A stretch of DNA of 64,000 nucleotides, taken from contig JACPKW010000004.1 of NCBI GenBank assembly GCA_016186825.1, forward strand, positions 130,237 to 194,236, given 5' to 3'. The DNA is from Candidatus Giovannonibacteria bacterium (GTDB lineage Bacteria; Patescibacteriota; Minisyncoccia; JACPKW01; UBA11713). Below are positions 8,800-19,563 of the stretch, piece by piece. The position numbers and the translations under genes were made by a program. Every line of letters starts with the position of its first letter. Position 1 is the stretch's first letter. Under the pieces are notes generated by a model. That model worked only from the letters and a program-made list of their open reading frames with translations, was not told the DNA's origin and ran no database searches.

Positions 8800-11700
8800 A
8801 TGAAAAAATATTTTCTCCCAGTCCTCTTGCTTTCTCTAATGCTCAATGCAACGGGAATGCAGTCAGCAAAAGCCGCGAGCTTGGAAAATTCCGATATTTC
8901 GGAATCACTTTTCGAATTGAATACGGTTCTTGAGTCGATTAAGGAAACGTTAAATAATTTTGCCGCACCTTCTGCCGAAGGCGAGGGATCTGTCCTAGGC
9001 GCGAGCACTGTCTATACATCGCAAAAAGCGACGAGCGCTTTCAGATTGGGGTATAACAATAATTATTCCTATTTAGTTCAGACATTCAGAGTTAATGCTG
9101 ATTCGAATCTTTCTTCCGTTTCTCTCGCACTCGCTCGCCGTGGCCTACCTACGGCGCCGATTCAATTAATTATCTCGGAACCTTACCGTTTAGGCGAAGT
9201 TGTGAATCAAACATTTTTACCTCAAGACTTGCCGACAACTTATCTAAAACCTAAATGGGTGGATGTCTCAATTGAAAAACCTGCTTTACTGAAAGCCGGA
9301 AAAGAATATCTGCTTTGGCTCAAATATAGCGATTACAATCTAAGAGGGAACAATCCGAATTATTACTTTTGGTCAGTTAATACTTCGAATCCTTATAAAG
9401 ACGGATCGATACTTACTCCGTTCAAGAGTTATCCTAAATATGATTTTCTCGCCGGATTTAATTTTTCAGGCGCACAGCCAATAGCAGTTACTTCTCCGAG
9501 TGGCGGAGAAAAATGGCTTGGAAGTCCGAAAACTACTGATACTTTAAGCGGGAATGAAATATACACTCAATACATAAAATGGACTGGCGCTCCTGATGAT
9601 TTTAGATCTATTTATGAAGGCAGAGTAAAAGCGTTTCTCGAAAAATACGAAAACGGCAAATTTATAACTGTTGGAAGAATTCCGCCTTTCGCGGCAGGCT
9701 CTATCGCATGGGTTGTCGGAGTTGTAAGCAAAGAGAATTGCGCCGAAATAAATGGAGTGGATGCAGATGGATGCTTTAATAGCGAAAATATCTTTGTTGC
9801 TCCGTCGGGAAGATATTATGTTCGCATTATAGATACAGAAACCAATATCTGGAGCAGGAGTAATGAGTTTAGCATTGTCGGAGAGACTTCCGAGGCTGTA
9901 AAAATTACTTCTGGAATTCAGCCACAAGCAACGCTTGCTCCAAGAAATTCCGTTGTTCCCTTCACAGTGATAAAAGTATCAACCTCGAAAGAAGTCAGCT
10001 TGGGAGAAATGACGGTTGAACGAACCGGACTTTCTTCCGACGGAGGCTTCAAGGAAATTGTTCTAATTGCAAATTCTGGCGTTGATAAAAACAATATCAA
10101 TAGAATTATCGCGGCAGGAACTATTGATCCCGTAACGCACCGCGCGCGTTTGCTTCCGATAAATGCGCCCAAAATCAATGGTGAAGCTCAATTCACAGTT
10201 GCGGGAGTTATGAATGACAACTTGTCGAAATATGCCGGAGAAGTGGCATACCTTTCAGTTACAGGTGCGACGTTTAGCTCGGGTGCAGTGGAATCAATTT
10301 ATTTTCCGATTACCGGAACCGCGCAAACGTTAAATGACTCGTTAACGATAGGCAGTGCGAAGATAACTTCTGATACCACGCCGTGGGTTTTATCGGCATC
10401 AAGCGTAGAGGAGCTGCTTTTAACCAAGGCAATCATAAAATTTGCGGGCGATTCAATAACTGTGGGCGGAGCTAAATATGCTTGCGAACCTTTCAGTTAC
10501 AATCTAACCATTTCAGCCTGCAATTTTGGAAACGGCATAATAATCAGCAAGGGAACTGGCGTAGCGATAACTCCGGCTTCGTCTGATGCAAGACTGCTTG
10601 CGATGAGGGAGTTTGAAATGTCCGGCAAAACATATGGATACAGAATAATTCCGGGTCAAGTTTTCGCAGGAACGGGCTCTGCCTTAGCAGTCCGCCCTTC
10701 AAAATTATTTTCTGCGCAAAATGTTATCTCCGGCGCAATGAATGCTAAACTTGGGAGCTTTGATTTGGACGCTTCGAATTCAACAGGCGAAGTTAAAATA
10801 AACACGGTAAAAGTTAGACTAACTACATCCTCAAATCTGAATCCGAATCAACTCAATAGCCTGCAATTATACGACGGAGATACTCCGATAGTTTGGGGAA
10901 GCAATACGGTTAATCCGGCAGGCACGCAAGATTCAGATGATATTTTTCTTACTTTCAACTTAAATCAGCCGCTTTCGATTAAGGCCGGAACGACTAAAAC
11001 AATTGATGTTCGCGGGAATGTCGGAACCGGAACGCAGAACGGTGACAATTTGCGTTTTGACTTCGAAAATATAGCTGACGGCGATTGGAATGTCATTGAC
11101 GCCGCGAGCGGGAACGAGATTGTTGAGGATCTTGATACGGCTACTTTCGGTTCCATAATCACTATCGTAACTTCGGGAAAAGTTTCAGAACAAATTGATT
11201 TGACAAGCCCTGTCTCAAAAAATATTCCGGCAGGTTCTGCAAGTGTTGAAGTTTTGAGGTTGCGCCTGAGCGCTTTGGATGAAGACGTAAAAATTACTAA
11301 TTTGAATGTGGCAATTGATTCGCCGGGTGATTTTTCTGCAGTCAGCTTATACGATGGCTCCGTTTTGGTTGGGCAAAAAACTTTCCCGTCGTCGAATTTG
11401 GTTCAAATCTATCTTTCTGAACCCTTTGTTGTCCCATCAAATAACTCCAAGGTCATATCAGTTCGAGTTGATGTATTGCCACAAGCGGGAGTCGGGCATA
11501 TTTTCTCGGTGTGGACGACGACGGATCCGGGTAAAGGCGTAGGACTTGTAAGCGGTAATGAAATTAAGATTTCATTAACCGGAAATGTGACAAGCGGGTC
11601 ACAGATGAAAATCGCTTCTGCAGGAGGAGAACTAAGTGGCGGAGGCGGGGGAGGTCCGGTAAATACAACCGATCTCGTTTCCAACTGGAAATTTGACGGA

Positions 11701-12381
11701 GGTACGGGCGATTCGGCGGGCACAAACAACGGTACGCTTATGAATGGGGCAAAAATCATTGATGACGGGAAAGTTGGGAAAGCTGTCTTTTTTGACGGGT
11801 CAGACGACCACGTATCAATCCCGAACGCGGCGTCTCTGATGCTCGACAAATACACGATCTCTTTCTGGTTCAGGCCGGTTGGGAACATAAATGAGTATGA
11901 TTCTTACTCTCATGTTTTTCTAGGAAAAGGCTCGAACAACACGCTCGGAACCGCTAACCGCGATGGACGCTTTGAAATTCGCGGACCTTTGCCGCGAGCA
12001 TATTCTTCATCAGCTAACTGGATTTCCGGAACATGGTATTTCGCGACGCTTTCTTTTGACGGAAGCTTACACCGCTTATATATAAACGGGAAAGAAGAGG
12101 GAAGCGCGGCAGGAAGCTATTCTTTGCTCGCAAATGACAATAAATTGACAATCGGAGGCGATCCGCAGCTTTTCTCCTGGTTTAACGGCGCGATCGATGA
12201 AGTAAAAATACATAACCGCGCGCTTTCTGCGGCAGAAATTTCCGCGCTTTATATGAGCAGCGCAGCTACTGCTTTGGAAAACAAATCTTCAACGGGAAGC
12301 AATCAGGTAGCGAGTTTGATAAGCGGCCTTGAAAAAGTTACTTCCTCGATTCTCGGATTTATAAAAAACCTTTCGCGATAA
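8800..12381 (+). CDS. Large secreted S-layer-like protein with C-terminal LamG domain
   Basis: Sec signal peptide (AKA), beta-rich repeats, LamG motifs WKFDG...FNGAIDEVKIHNRALS. Confidence 0.85.
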   Translation: MKKYFLPVLLLSLMLNATGMQSAKAASLENSDISESLFELNTVLESIKETLNNFAAPSAEGEGSVLGASTVYTSQKATSAFRLGYNNNYSYLVQTFRVNADSNLSSVSLALARRGLPTAPIQLIISEPYRLGEVVNQTFLPQDLPTTYLKPKWVDVSIEKPALLKAGKEYLLWLKYSDYNLRGNNPNYYFWSVNTSNPYKDGSILTPFKSYPKYDFLAGFNFSGAQPIAVTSPSGGEKWLGSPKTTDTLSGNEIYTQYIKWTGAPDDFRSIYEGRVKAFLEKYENGKFITVGRIPPFAAGSIAWVVGVVSKENCAEINGVDADGCFNSENIFVAPSGRYYVRIIDTETNIWSRSNEFSIVGETSEAVKITSGIQPQATLAPRNSVVPFTVIKVSTSKEVSLGEMTVERTGLSSDGGFKEIVLIANSGVDKNNINRIIAAGTIDPVTHRARLLPINAPKINGEAQFTVAGVMNDNLSKYAGEVAYLSVTGATFSSGAVESIYFPITGTAQTLNDSLTIGSAKITSDTTPWVLSASSVEELLLTKAIIKFAGDSITVGGAKYACEPFSYNLTISACNFGNGIIISKGTGVAITPASSDARLLAMREFEMSGKTYGYRIIPGQVFAGTGSALAVRPSKLFSAQNVISGAMNAKLGSFDLDASNSTGEVKINTVKVRLTTSSNLNPNQLNSLQLYDGDTPIVWGSNTVNPAGTQDSDDIFLTFNLNQPLSIKAGTTKTIDVRGNVGTGTQNGDNLRFDFENIADGDWNVIDAASGNEIVEDLDTATFGSIITIVTSGKVSEQIDLTSPVSKNIPAGSASVEVLRLRLSALDEDVKITNLNVAIDSPGDFSAVSLYDGSVLVGQKTFPSSNLVQIYLSEPFVVPSNNSKVISVRVDVLPQAGVGHIFSVWTTTDPGKGVGLVSGNEIKISLTGNVTSGSQMKIASAGGELSGGGGGGPVNTTDLVSNWKFDGGTGDSAGTNNGTLMNGAKIIDDGKVGKAVFFDGSDDHVSIPNAASLMLDKYTISFWFRPVGNINEYDSYSHVFLGKGSNNTLGTANRDGRFEIRGPLPRAYSSSANWISGTWYFATLSFDGSLHRLYINGKEEGSAAGSYSLLANDNKLTIGGDPQLFSWFNGAIDEVKIHNRALSAAEISALYMSSAATALENKSSTGSNQVASLISGLEKVTSSILGFIKNLSR

Positions 12382-12386
12382 ATTTT

Positions 12387-12881
12387 ATGGAAGATTTGAG
12401 CGGCCAAAAAGTTTTGTTAAAAGACATTATGACAAAAAAAGTTGTTGCAGTCAGTCCGGAAACTTCGCTTATTGAAGCCGCTCGAATTCTTTCTGAAAAG
12501 AAATTTTCAGGAATGCCAGTTATTGATAAAAAAAACAAACTTGTTGGGATTCTCACCGAATACGATCTGATCAGCAAAGAAGATTTATTGCACCTCCCGA
12601 CTTTTCAGAAAATTCTTGAGAATCTCGCGGTTTACCGCAAAAATCGCCATGAAATTTCTGCAGAGATAAAACAAGTCTCGCGCTTGAAAGTGAAAGATGT
12701 GATGAATGACGATCCTTTGACTCTTCAAGAAAATGCGACGCTTGAAAGCACAGTTAGGACATTCAAAGATCATCATCGCGTAAATCCCATTCCGGTCCTT
12801 GATCAAAACAAAAAAGTGGTCGGAGTTATCAGCCGTTTTGATTTAATAAAACCTCTTTATGCGAAGACTATCCGCGCGTAG
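12387..12881 (+). CDS. CBS-domain pair protein
   Basis: Motifs KDIMTKKVVAV, GMPVID, VGILTEYDL, VKDVM, IPVLD, GVISRFDL. Confidence 0.92.
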   Translation: MEDLSGQKVLLKDIMTKKVVAVSPETSLIEAARILSEKKFSGMPVIDKKNKLVGILTEYDLISKEDLLHLPTFQKILENLAVYRKNRHEISAEIKQVSRLKVKDVMNDDPLTLQENATLESTVRTFKDHHRVNPIPVLDQNKKVVGVISRFDLIKPLYAKTIRA

Positions 12882-15800
12882 CAGGACTAAAGCGAAAAGT
12901 TCGGATCTCATTGTCGCCGATGCCTTTCAGGCACTTCAAGAAGAATATGTTGTAATCGGAAAGGACCGCGTTCGTTCGTGGGATGCTTGGCTTACGTTAG
13001 GATTCATTGTCGGAATCTCTGCAACTCTAATTTTTGTATCGAATAGGGGAGGGGAATTTGAGAAATCGAGCGCTTTCGAGGACTGGTTCCCGGAGGATAT
13101 GAACTTTTATGATATGAGCGATATCAATACTTCTTGGCTCGCAACGCAGCCAATAGTTCAAAGTGGAAATTATTTCTATCAGGATATTGCAAACAGCTTT
13201 AATTACGACGAAGTTGGATCGAATGATTTTTTTGACAGTCTTCGTGATACGATTACTGATTTTAGTTTAGACGTGAATTTAGAACAATATGTCAGAAATC
13301 TTCAAGACGAAGAATTTGAAAGTTTTCAAGATGATGCCGAGAATTATTTGAAATTTTTTGGAGTGTCAGAGAAGGAAATAGATGTAATTAATAATGAATT
13401 TTATTTCATTTCTCCCGAAGCGAGGGCGAAATTTGAATCGGAATTAAGCATTACTGATGATCCTAATGGCGATTTATTAATAGCAATGAATAATGCGCGC
13501 GCGGAAGAACTCGCTCGAGAATTTGACTTGTTATACGGTTCTGCCCAAAAAAGAATTTCCAAATTTTTTCCTAATATCGCGATTGGGTTCGATGATTCGA
13601 TACATAATGTTAGGAAAGAAGCTTTTTTTGACGCGCTTGAATATATTTTGGTCAAATCCGGAGATGTAATGATGCAGAATGCGGATTTAAAAATTTTAGT
13701 TGTTGGAGAGCAGGAATATCTCGACATCCTAAAAATCGGGCGGAATAGTTTGGCTGGTTTGCCAGATGGGTTGACTGTTGTCAATGCTGTTGATGCATCG
13801 AAAAAAGTTTTTGGTAGTGAGTATAAGTACGGCATGATAATCTGCACGGATTGTTTAGATATGAAAGGTGAAGCTTTCGGGGAAGATTCTTTTTCGCACA
13901 TACTTGCCCACGAGCTAAAACATGTATCTGATTTCGAGAGAAAAGGTGTTTTTCTTGATTCAGATGATAGAAAATTATTTGAAGAGTGTAAGTTGTTAGG
14001 TGGGGGCTGTTTTGCGACCGCTTACGCATCTTCTAAGGAGACTGAAATGGGTCCAGAAAATTTTGCGTGCGAAATTGTTGGCGCTCCATTTTGCACGAAA
14101 ATGGAAAATATTAGCGGATCCTTGCCTGTATTGCAAAATTTTTCTAAGCAGTATGAAAAATTAATCCGCGACGGAGCATTGAACGTTTCTGCTGGAGGCG
14201 ACGATGTTATTTTAAATAATGATTTTGGCGTCAGTCCTTTTAACCTTGCAGTTACCGATGGCGAAAATTTCAAGTCATTGCTTTCCGCAATAGACAGAAA
14301 GTTAACCACGGTTGCAGGCAACAATGCGAACTTATCTTTAAGCGAGACAGTTGAAATGACTAGAAATTTAGCTGGCGCTGCTGCAGACGTGGCGGAAATT
14401 GCTCACCTTGACGCTAGAGTTTCTATTGCGCGAAAAGATGAAGCTGACGAAAAAGCGGAGGAGTCTCTTGCTATTATTTCTGAGCTTGATTCTTACGCTC
14501 CCGTTCTTGCGTCGGGCAAGCGCGTGCTAGACGCGATCAGAAACGGGAGCATATCTGCTTATGAGATCTCGGAAATACTTTTGAAGGCCTCGATCGGAAG
14601 CAGCAAGTTGAAGTCTTTACAGCCAACAAAGACTAAAGTAAATATAACATCTCAGCCTAGTAAAAAATATTTGTCGTTTGAAACATTATTGTCCAAAGGA
14701 ATGGAAGTGATAGCAAACGAACTCACTGCTACAGTTTTGACTAAGCAAGACAAAGATCTTATTAGCGCGTTGGCTGCTACGAGAGTTAAAGCGCTTGAAG
14801 AAGCGGGGACGGTCGGAGATAAAGGGATGATTAATGCGAAAAAAGCGCTCGATCTCGCAAATCCAAAGACAGTAGATCCTTTGATGGAGCAAGCCAATGA
14901 CGCCTTAAACGCTGCGAGAGGTGCGGCGCATGCGAAAGGCACGGTCGCGGCGAATGAAGCATTCGTCCGCGCGCAGAGTGAATACAATAACGCGCTGCGC
15001 GCTTCAAATACCTTAAAATCCACCGTTGGCGGAAGCATTCGTGAAAGCGTCGGGTTTTATTCAAGAAGTAATGTTTTGCCTGCCGCGATTACAAAAGTTA
15101 AAAGCTACACTTCTTCAAAATCACCGCTCAAAAAAGCTTTGAGCGATTTTGCTTCGAAAGTCGAGGCCGCCCAAAAAGCGGAAATGGAGAAATTATCTGC
15201 CGCAAACGAGATGCTTGCATCCGCGAGAGGCGAGATAGAAAACGCTAAAGCGCGCGGAACATTTGGCAGCACAGCCGAGGCGCAGCTGAAAACGGGCGCT
15301 GAAAAAATCCAGCGCGCGCTAAATCATCTGGCCGGCAAAGCTCCCGCAAAACAGTATGCAAAAGAGCCCGCCTACTTAAAAACTGTCGCTTTCAAAAAGG
15401 CGATCAAAGCTTTGAACACTTCGAAAAAGAATGTCGATGCTAATCTAAAAAAAATTAAGTATCCCGAAAAGAAAATTGACCTGGTGCAGGATGTCAGGGA
15501 TTACGCTTACATTATTAAAAATGAGCTCGCGGATGCTGAAAGAGAAACTCAAAATCTGAAAAACGCGATTCAAAATATAAAAGCTATCACCAATGGAATT
15601 AATACGGGCCAGGCGGCCGGAACTCTGCCATCGGACGAATCTGTTTCAAATAACACAAATACGCAGTCTAACGTAATTATACAAAACAAGATAACGACGG
15701 AAATTACTTCTTTTACAGTGGACAAAGACAGGATTAATTCTGGCGAGGTCGCAACATTCATCATTTCCGGAGCTGATAATTCCCAGCTTGCATTTGCTCT

Positions 15801-16683
15801 TTCCTGCCCTGAGGGAGTCTCTGCTAAATCTGCTTCAAATTCTGAAATCTGCAACACGGCGGTTACTCTTCCTATCGGAACAAAACAATATTCTCTTATA
15901 TTTACGAATCCACATAATTCAGAAGCCGGAATTGCGGCGGTTCTTAAAATTACGGATGCGAGCGTTTCTATAACTTTGACGAGAACGCTGAAAGTAATTG
16001 CTACGCAAAGCGCTTCAGCTTCGATAATCTGTTCGGCTGTAAACGGGCTTCTCGCCCAATTTAAATTCGACGCAAACTCTGCTGCAGATTCTTCCTGCAG
16101 TAACAATAATGGGCAAGTTATCGGAGGTTCCTTCGCGGACGGGAAAACTAATTTTGGGAAAGCCTTGATCTTGAATGGTTCGGGCCAATACGTAAATATT
16201 CCGGACTCTTCTTTGCTCGACGCCTCGCAAATAACTATTTCTGCTTGGATTAAAACAACTGCAACAGCGGGAACAATCGCAGACCGCTTTCTATTAATAA
16301 ACAACAAAGGCTACGGCTGGAGACTGGGCTTGCAGGAAATTAGTGATAAACCCGGCAAAGCGACAATTTTTGGAACTATCTATATAAATGGAGATAACCA
16401 CAACCCTTGGCCGTATGGGCAAGGGCCGGTTATTAATGACGGAAACTGGCATCACGTTGCAATGACTTCAAACGGCTCTCAAGGAACTTGGTATGTTGAC
16501 GGCATTTTCACTACAAATCAAGGCAACCCTTTCGGAACTGGAAATATAAACGATGTAAACGCGCCTTTAACAATCGGAAAAGGTGAGACCGGATTTTTCA
16601 ACGGCTTGATTGATGATGTCCGCCTTTATAACCGCGCGCTTTCGTGGGGTGAGATTAATAATTTATTTCGCGAATCACAATAA
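12859..16683 (+). CDS. Large surface protein: conserved leader, putative zincin metallopeptidase, helical stalk, Ig-like and LamG domains
   Basis: 'YVVIGKxRVRSWDAW' plus TM leader; HELKH at 13909-13923 followed by YA...ENFACE; Ala/Lys-rich helical region; C-terminal LamG. Confidence 0.8.
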   Translation: MRRLSARSRTKAKSSDLIVADAFQALQEEYVVIGKDRVRSWDAWLTLGFIVGISATLIFVSNRGGEFEKSSAFEDWFPEDMNFYDMSDINTSWLATQPIVQSGNYFYQDIANSFNYDEVGSNDFFDSLRDTITDFSLDVNLEQYVRNLQDEEFESFQDDAENYLKFFGVSEKEIDVINNEFYFISPEARAKFESELSITDDPNGDLLIAMNNARAEELAREFDLLYGSAQKRISKFFPNIAIGFDDSIHNVRKEAFFDALEYILVKSGDVMMQNADLKILVVGEQEYLDILKIGRNSLAGLPDGLTVVNAVDASKKVFGSEYKYGMIICTDCLDMKGEAFGEDSFSHILAHELKHVSDFERKGVFLDSDDRKLFEECKLLGGGCFATAYASSKETEMGPENFACEIVGAPFCTKMENISGSLPVLQNFSKQYEKLIRDGALNVSAGGDDVILNNDFGVSPFNLAVTDGENFKSLLSAIDRKLTTVAGNNANLSLSETVEMTRNLAGAAADVAEIAHLDARVSIARKDEADEKAEESLAIISELDSYAPVLASGKRVLDAIRNGSISAYEISEILLKASIGSSKLKSLQPTKTKVNITSQPSKKYLSFETLLSKGMEVIANELTATVLTKQDKDLISALAATRVKALEEAGTVGDKGMINAKKALDLANPKTVDPLMEQANDALNAARGAAHAKGTVAANEAFVRAQSEYNNALRASNTLKSTVGGSIRESVGFYSRSNVLPAAITKVKSYTSSKSPLKKALSDFASKVEAAQKAEMEKLSAANEMLASARGEIENAKARGTFGSTAEAQLKTGAEKIQRALNHLAGKAPAKQYAKEPAYLKTVAFKKAIKALNTSKKNVDANLKKIKYPEKKIDLVQDVRDYAYIIKNELADAERETQNLKNAIQNIKAITNGINTGQAAGTLPSDESVSNNTNTQSNVIIQNKITTEITSFTVDKDRINSGEVATFIISGADNSQLAFALSCPEGVSAKSASNSEICNTAVTLPIGTKQYSLIFTNPHNSEAGIAAVLKITDASVSITLTRTLKVIATQSASASIICSAVNGLLAQFKFDANSAADSSCSNNNGQVIGGSFADGKTNFGKALILNGSGQYVNIPDSSLLDASQITISAWIKTTATAGTIADRFLLINNKGYGWRLGLQEISDKPGKATIFGTIYINGDNHNPWPYGQGPVINDGNWHHVAMTSNGSQGTWYVDGIFTTNQGNPFGTGNINDVNAPLTIGKGETGFFNGLIDDVRLYNRALSWGEINNLFRESQ

Positions 16684-16692
16684 TTTAAAAAA

Positions 16693-19530
16693 ATGCCTGC
16701 GATGAAAAAAGAAACAGAATTATTGATTTCAAAAACTTTCCGAGCGCTCGAAAAGGAATACGTTGTGATTGGAAAAACTAGAGTGCGTTCGTGGGATGCT
16801 TGGCTCGTTGTCGGCCTCTTTGCAGGTTTTTTAATTGCCATTCTTTTTATAGCCAATAAGGATGGAGGATTTGAAAGTTCCGATGCCGCTGATGTTGCCG
16901 CGGCAAGAGAAAATATTCTCGTAATCGGTAAACGGGCTTTGTATGGCTATCACCTGGGCTCTTCTTCCGCCACAAAAAATCTTGCACAATCATTTATTGC
17001 GCCGAGCAGGCCGATAAACGGAGTGAACCTATTTTTCGCTAAAAGAGGCAGTCCAACTTACCCGGTTAAAGTTTCAATTAAATCATCTCTTTCACTGTCC
17101 GAAGATATTGTAAGCACAGTCATAACTCCCTCTATTTCATCAACTAACCATAGAGTTCCGAACGCGGTCGATGTCACATTTCCAAGCCAAGTAAGTCTAG
17201 CTCCCGGCTCGATATACTTTCTTACGCTCGCCGTTGAAGATGAAAATCTAAATGCAAGAAATTATTATTTGTTGTCTGCAGATACAAATTCATATCCGAA
17301 CGGGTCGCTTTACATAGTAAATAGACGAGCGAGTGCAGATGCACGTGTAAATTTTTACGCTATTGCTAACGTGCCGCCTGCGCAAGCCACGTCGTTTCCG
17401 GAACCTCCCAAAGACACAACCGCACCGTCTGTTTCTATTTTGACGCCCTCCGGCGGCTCAGCTGTAGCTGGCAATGTCTCCGTCCAAATTTCCGCTTCGG
17501 ACAATCTGGGAATCAGCAAGGTGGAATTGCTGAAAGACGGAGTTTTGTTCAAAGTATTCACATCCGCGCCGTATTCTTATCTTTGGAATACCGCCGGCGA
17601 TACAAATTCTTCCCATACTTTACTGGCAAGGGCTTACGACTCCGCCGGAAATTTTTCTGTATCGAATAGCGTGAGCGTTATTCTTAATAATCTTCCTGCC
17701 CAGACCACCCCAATAATTTCCTCCCTTTCAAGCGAACCAGACTTATTGGCTCACTACTCTTTTGATGAAGGCGTAGGAACAGAAGCAAAAGATTTTACAG
17801 GCAAAAATAAATCAGGGATTTTAATTGGAAGTCCGAATTGGGTGCAGGGGATTACCGGCTCGTCTTCAGATAAAGCTTTGCTTTTTAACGGAAAAACTGA
17901 TTATGTTTCAATTCCAAATTCGGCGTTTCTAACTAAAAATCACCCGCTCACAATTTCTTTTTGGTTTAAACCGGCAAAAAAAATTAGTTCCGATGATCCC
18001 GAAAGCCACATAATATTTGGAAAAAGTGTATATGACAAAATTGGGTTTGCAAATAGCGATGGAAGACTGGAAATAGGAAACCCTCCAGACCGCTTAAACT
18101 CTGTCAACAATTTATGGGAATCTGAAAAATGGTATTTTTTAGCTTATTCGGTTGATAGTTCCGGCGCAAGGTTATCCATAAACGGTGCAGAAACTGACAG
18201 TTCACCCTCCATAACTAACTCCATTCTTTCAGGAAACAATGATCTGGCTATTGGAGGCGGTTTTAGCAATGGATTTAACGGGGCTATTGATGAAGTGAAA
18301 ATTTTTGGAAAAGCTCTTTCGCAGTCCGAAATTAAGGAAATTTATAATAAAACGCCGCAGATGCATAATATAATTTCCTACGGGGCTATTCCGGATGATT
18401 TGCTTCCCGACCATGCGGCTATACAAGCTGCAATTGACGACGCGGCAATCAAAGGAGGAGGCATTGTTTTTGTTCCAAAAGGGACGTTCATAATTGGAGA
18501 CAAAGTTCTGCTGAAGAATAATATTTCTTTATTGGGAGACGGCTGGGAAAGTATTTTAAAATCACAGGATGGCAGAAGCGGTCCGAATGTAACGATGGTG
18601 ACGTGGATAAAAAATTATACATATACGGAACCGGGGCTAAGTAATGTTACGGTTAAAAATTTACAAATGGACGGGAATAAAGAGAACCAGGGCGTGTCTA
18701 TTGGGGGCAAAAAGGATATTTCGGGGAGCGTTCTTCTTTTGGCTGGCGATAATCTTATTGTTGAAAATAATTATATTCATGATTCCGTGGATTCGTGCAT
18801 AGGAACAGGAAAGATTCAAGATAAATATGGAGCGGGGAAAAACTTATTGATTAAAAATAACAAACTTGAGAGATGCGGTTTTGACCCTTATAGAAAAGCC
18901 GATGGGCAGTGGTGGGGCGGTATCGGCATTACAAGCGGAGAACATATTGTAATTGAGAATAATACGATCAGCGAAAGTATTTCTTTCGCAATAGTTTTGG
19001 AGCCTAACAATTCATACCCGGGTTGGATTATTCGCGATGCGCTTATAACAAAAAATAATGTTACCGATGGTTCTATTGCAGTTAACAGTCACAACCTGCC
19101 CTTTATTGTCGTGGACGATATTAGAATCATCAACAATACGCTGGACAATTCACGCTCCTATTCTGTTGGTATTAGAGTTGAAAATCAAACAAAAAGCGTT
19201 TTGATCAAAGATAATATTTTAACCGGCCCTAAATTATATAGCGCTGTTGTAGGATTACAAAAAACTAATGGAGTAAAAGTAATCAATAATAAAATCCATC
19301 AAACTTCTCAATATTACGATCCAAATATTGAATATCTTACGGATCTTGTCGGTATATTAATCTACGATACATCTAATTCTGAGATCCTAGGTAATAATTT
19401 TTCCCATGAACCTTCAGATGAATTTGTCAGCGGACCGGGCATAAAAGTAAAAGGAACGTCTGCAAATAATATGTTTGCAGAGAATATATTTTCTGACTCT
19501 ATTCGCAGGCCATATGAATTCAATAATTAA
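16693..19530 (+). CDS. Surface protein: conserved leader, Ig-like, LamG and right-handed beta-helix (pectate lyase 3-like) domains
   Basis: Leader motif; DTTAPSVSI Ig-like domain; LamG; NIISYGAIPD...AIQAAID...GGGIVFVPKGTF; Asn-ladder repeats. Confidence 0.85.
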   Translation: MPAMKKETELLISKTFRALEKEYVVIGKTRVRSWDAWLVVGLFAGFLIAILFIANKDGGFESSDAADVAAARENILVIGKRALYGYHLGSSSATKNLAQSFIAPSRPINGVNLFFAKRGSPTYPVKVSIKSSLSLSEDIVSTVITPSISSTNHRVPNAVDVTFPSQVSLAPGSIYFLTLAVEDENLNARNYYLLSADTNSYPNGSLYIVNRRASADARVNFYAIANVPPAQATSFPEPPKDTTAPSVSILTPSGGSAVAGNVSVQISASDNLGISKVELLKDGVLFKVFTSAPYSYLWNTAGDTNSSHTLLARAYDSAGNFSVSNSVSVILNNLPAQTTPIISSLSSEPDLLAHYSFDEGVGTEAKDFTGKNKSGILIGSPNWVQGITGSSSDKALLFNGKTDYVSIPNSAFLTKNHPLTISFWFKPAKKISSDDPESHIIFGKSVYDKIGFANSDGRLEIGNPPDRLNSVNNLWESEKWYFLAYSVDSSGARLSINGAETDSSPSITNSILSGNNDLAIGGGFSNGFNGAIDEVKIFGKALSQSEIKEIYNKTPQMHNIISYGAIPDDLLPDHAAIQAAIDDAAIKGGGIVFVPKGTFIIGDKVLLKNNISLLGDGWESILKSQDGRSGPNVTMVTWIKNYTYTEPGLSNVTVKNLQMDGNKENQGVSIGGKKDISGSVLLLAGDNLIVENNYIHDSVDSCIGTGKIQDKYGAGKNLLIKNNKLERCGFDPYRKADGQWWGGIGITSGEHIVIENNTISESISFAIVLEPNNSYPGWIIRDALITKNNVTDGSIAVNSHNLPFIVVDDIRIINNTLDNSRSYSVGIRVENQTKSVLIKDNILTGPKLYSAVVGLQKTNGVKVINNKIHQTSQYYDPNIEYLTDLVGILIYDTSNSEILGNNFSHEPSDEFVSGPGIKVKGTSANNMFAENIFSDSIRRPYEFNN

Positions 19531-19563
19531 TTATTTATAAGATGTTTTAATTTTTTAAGGACA

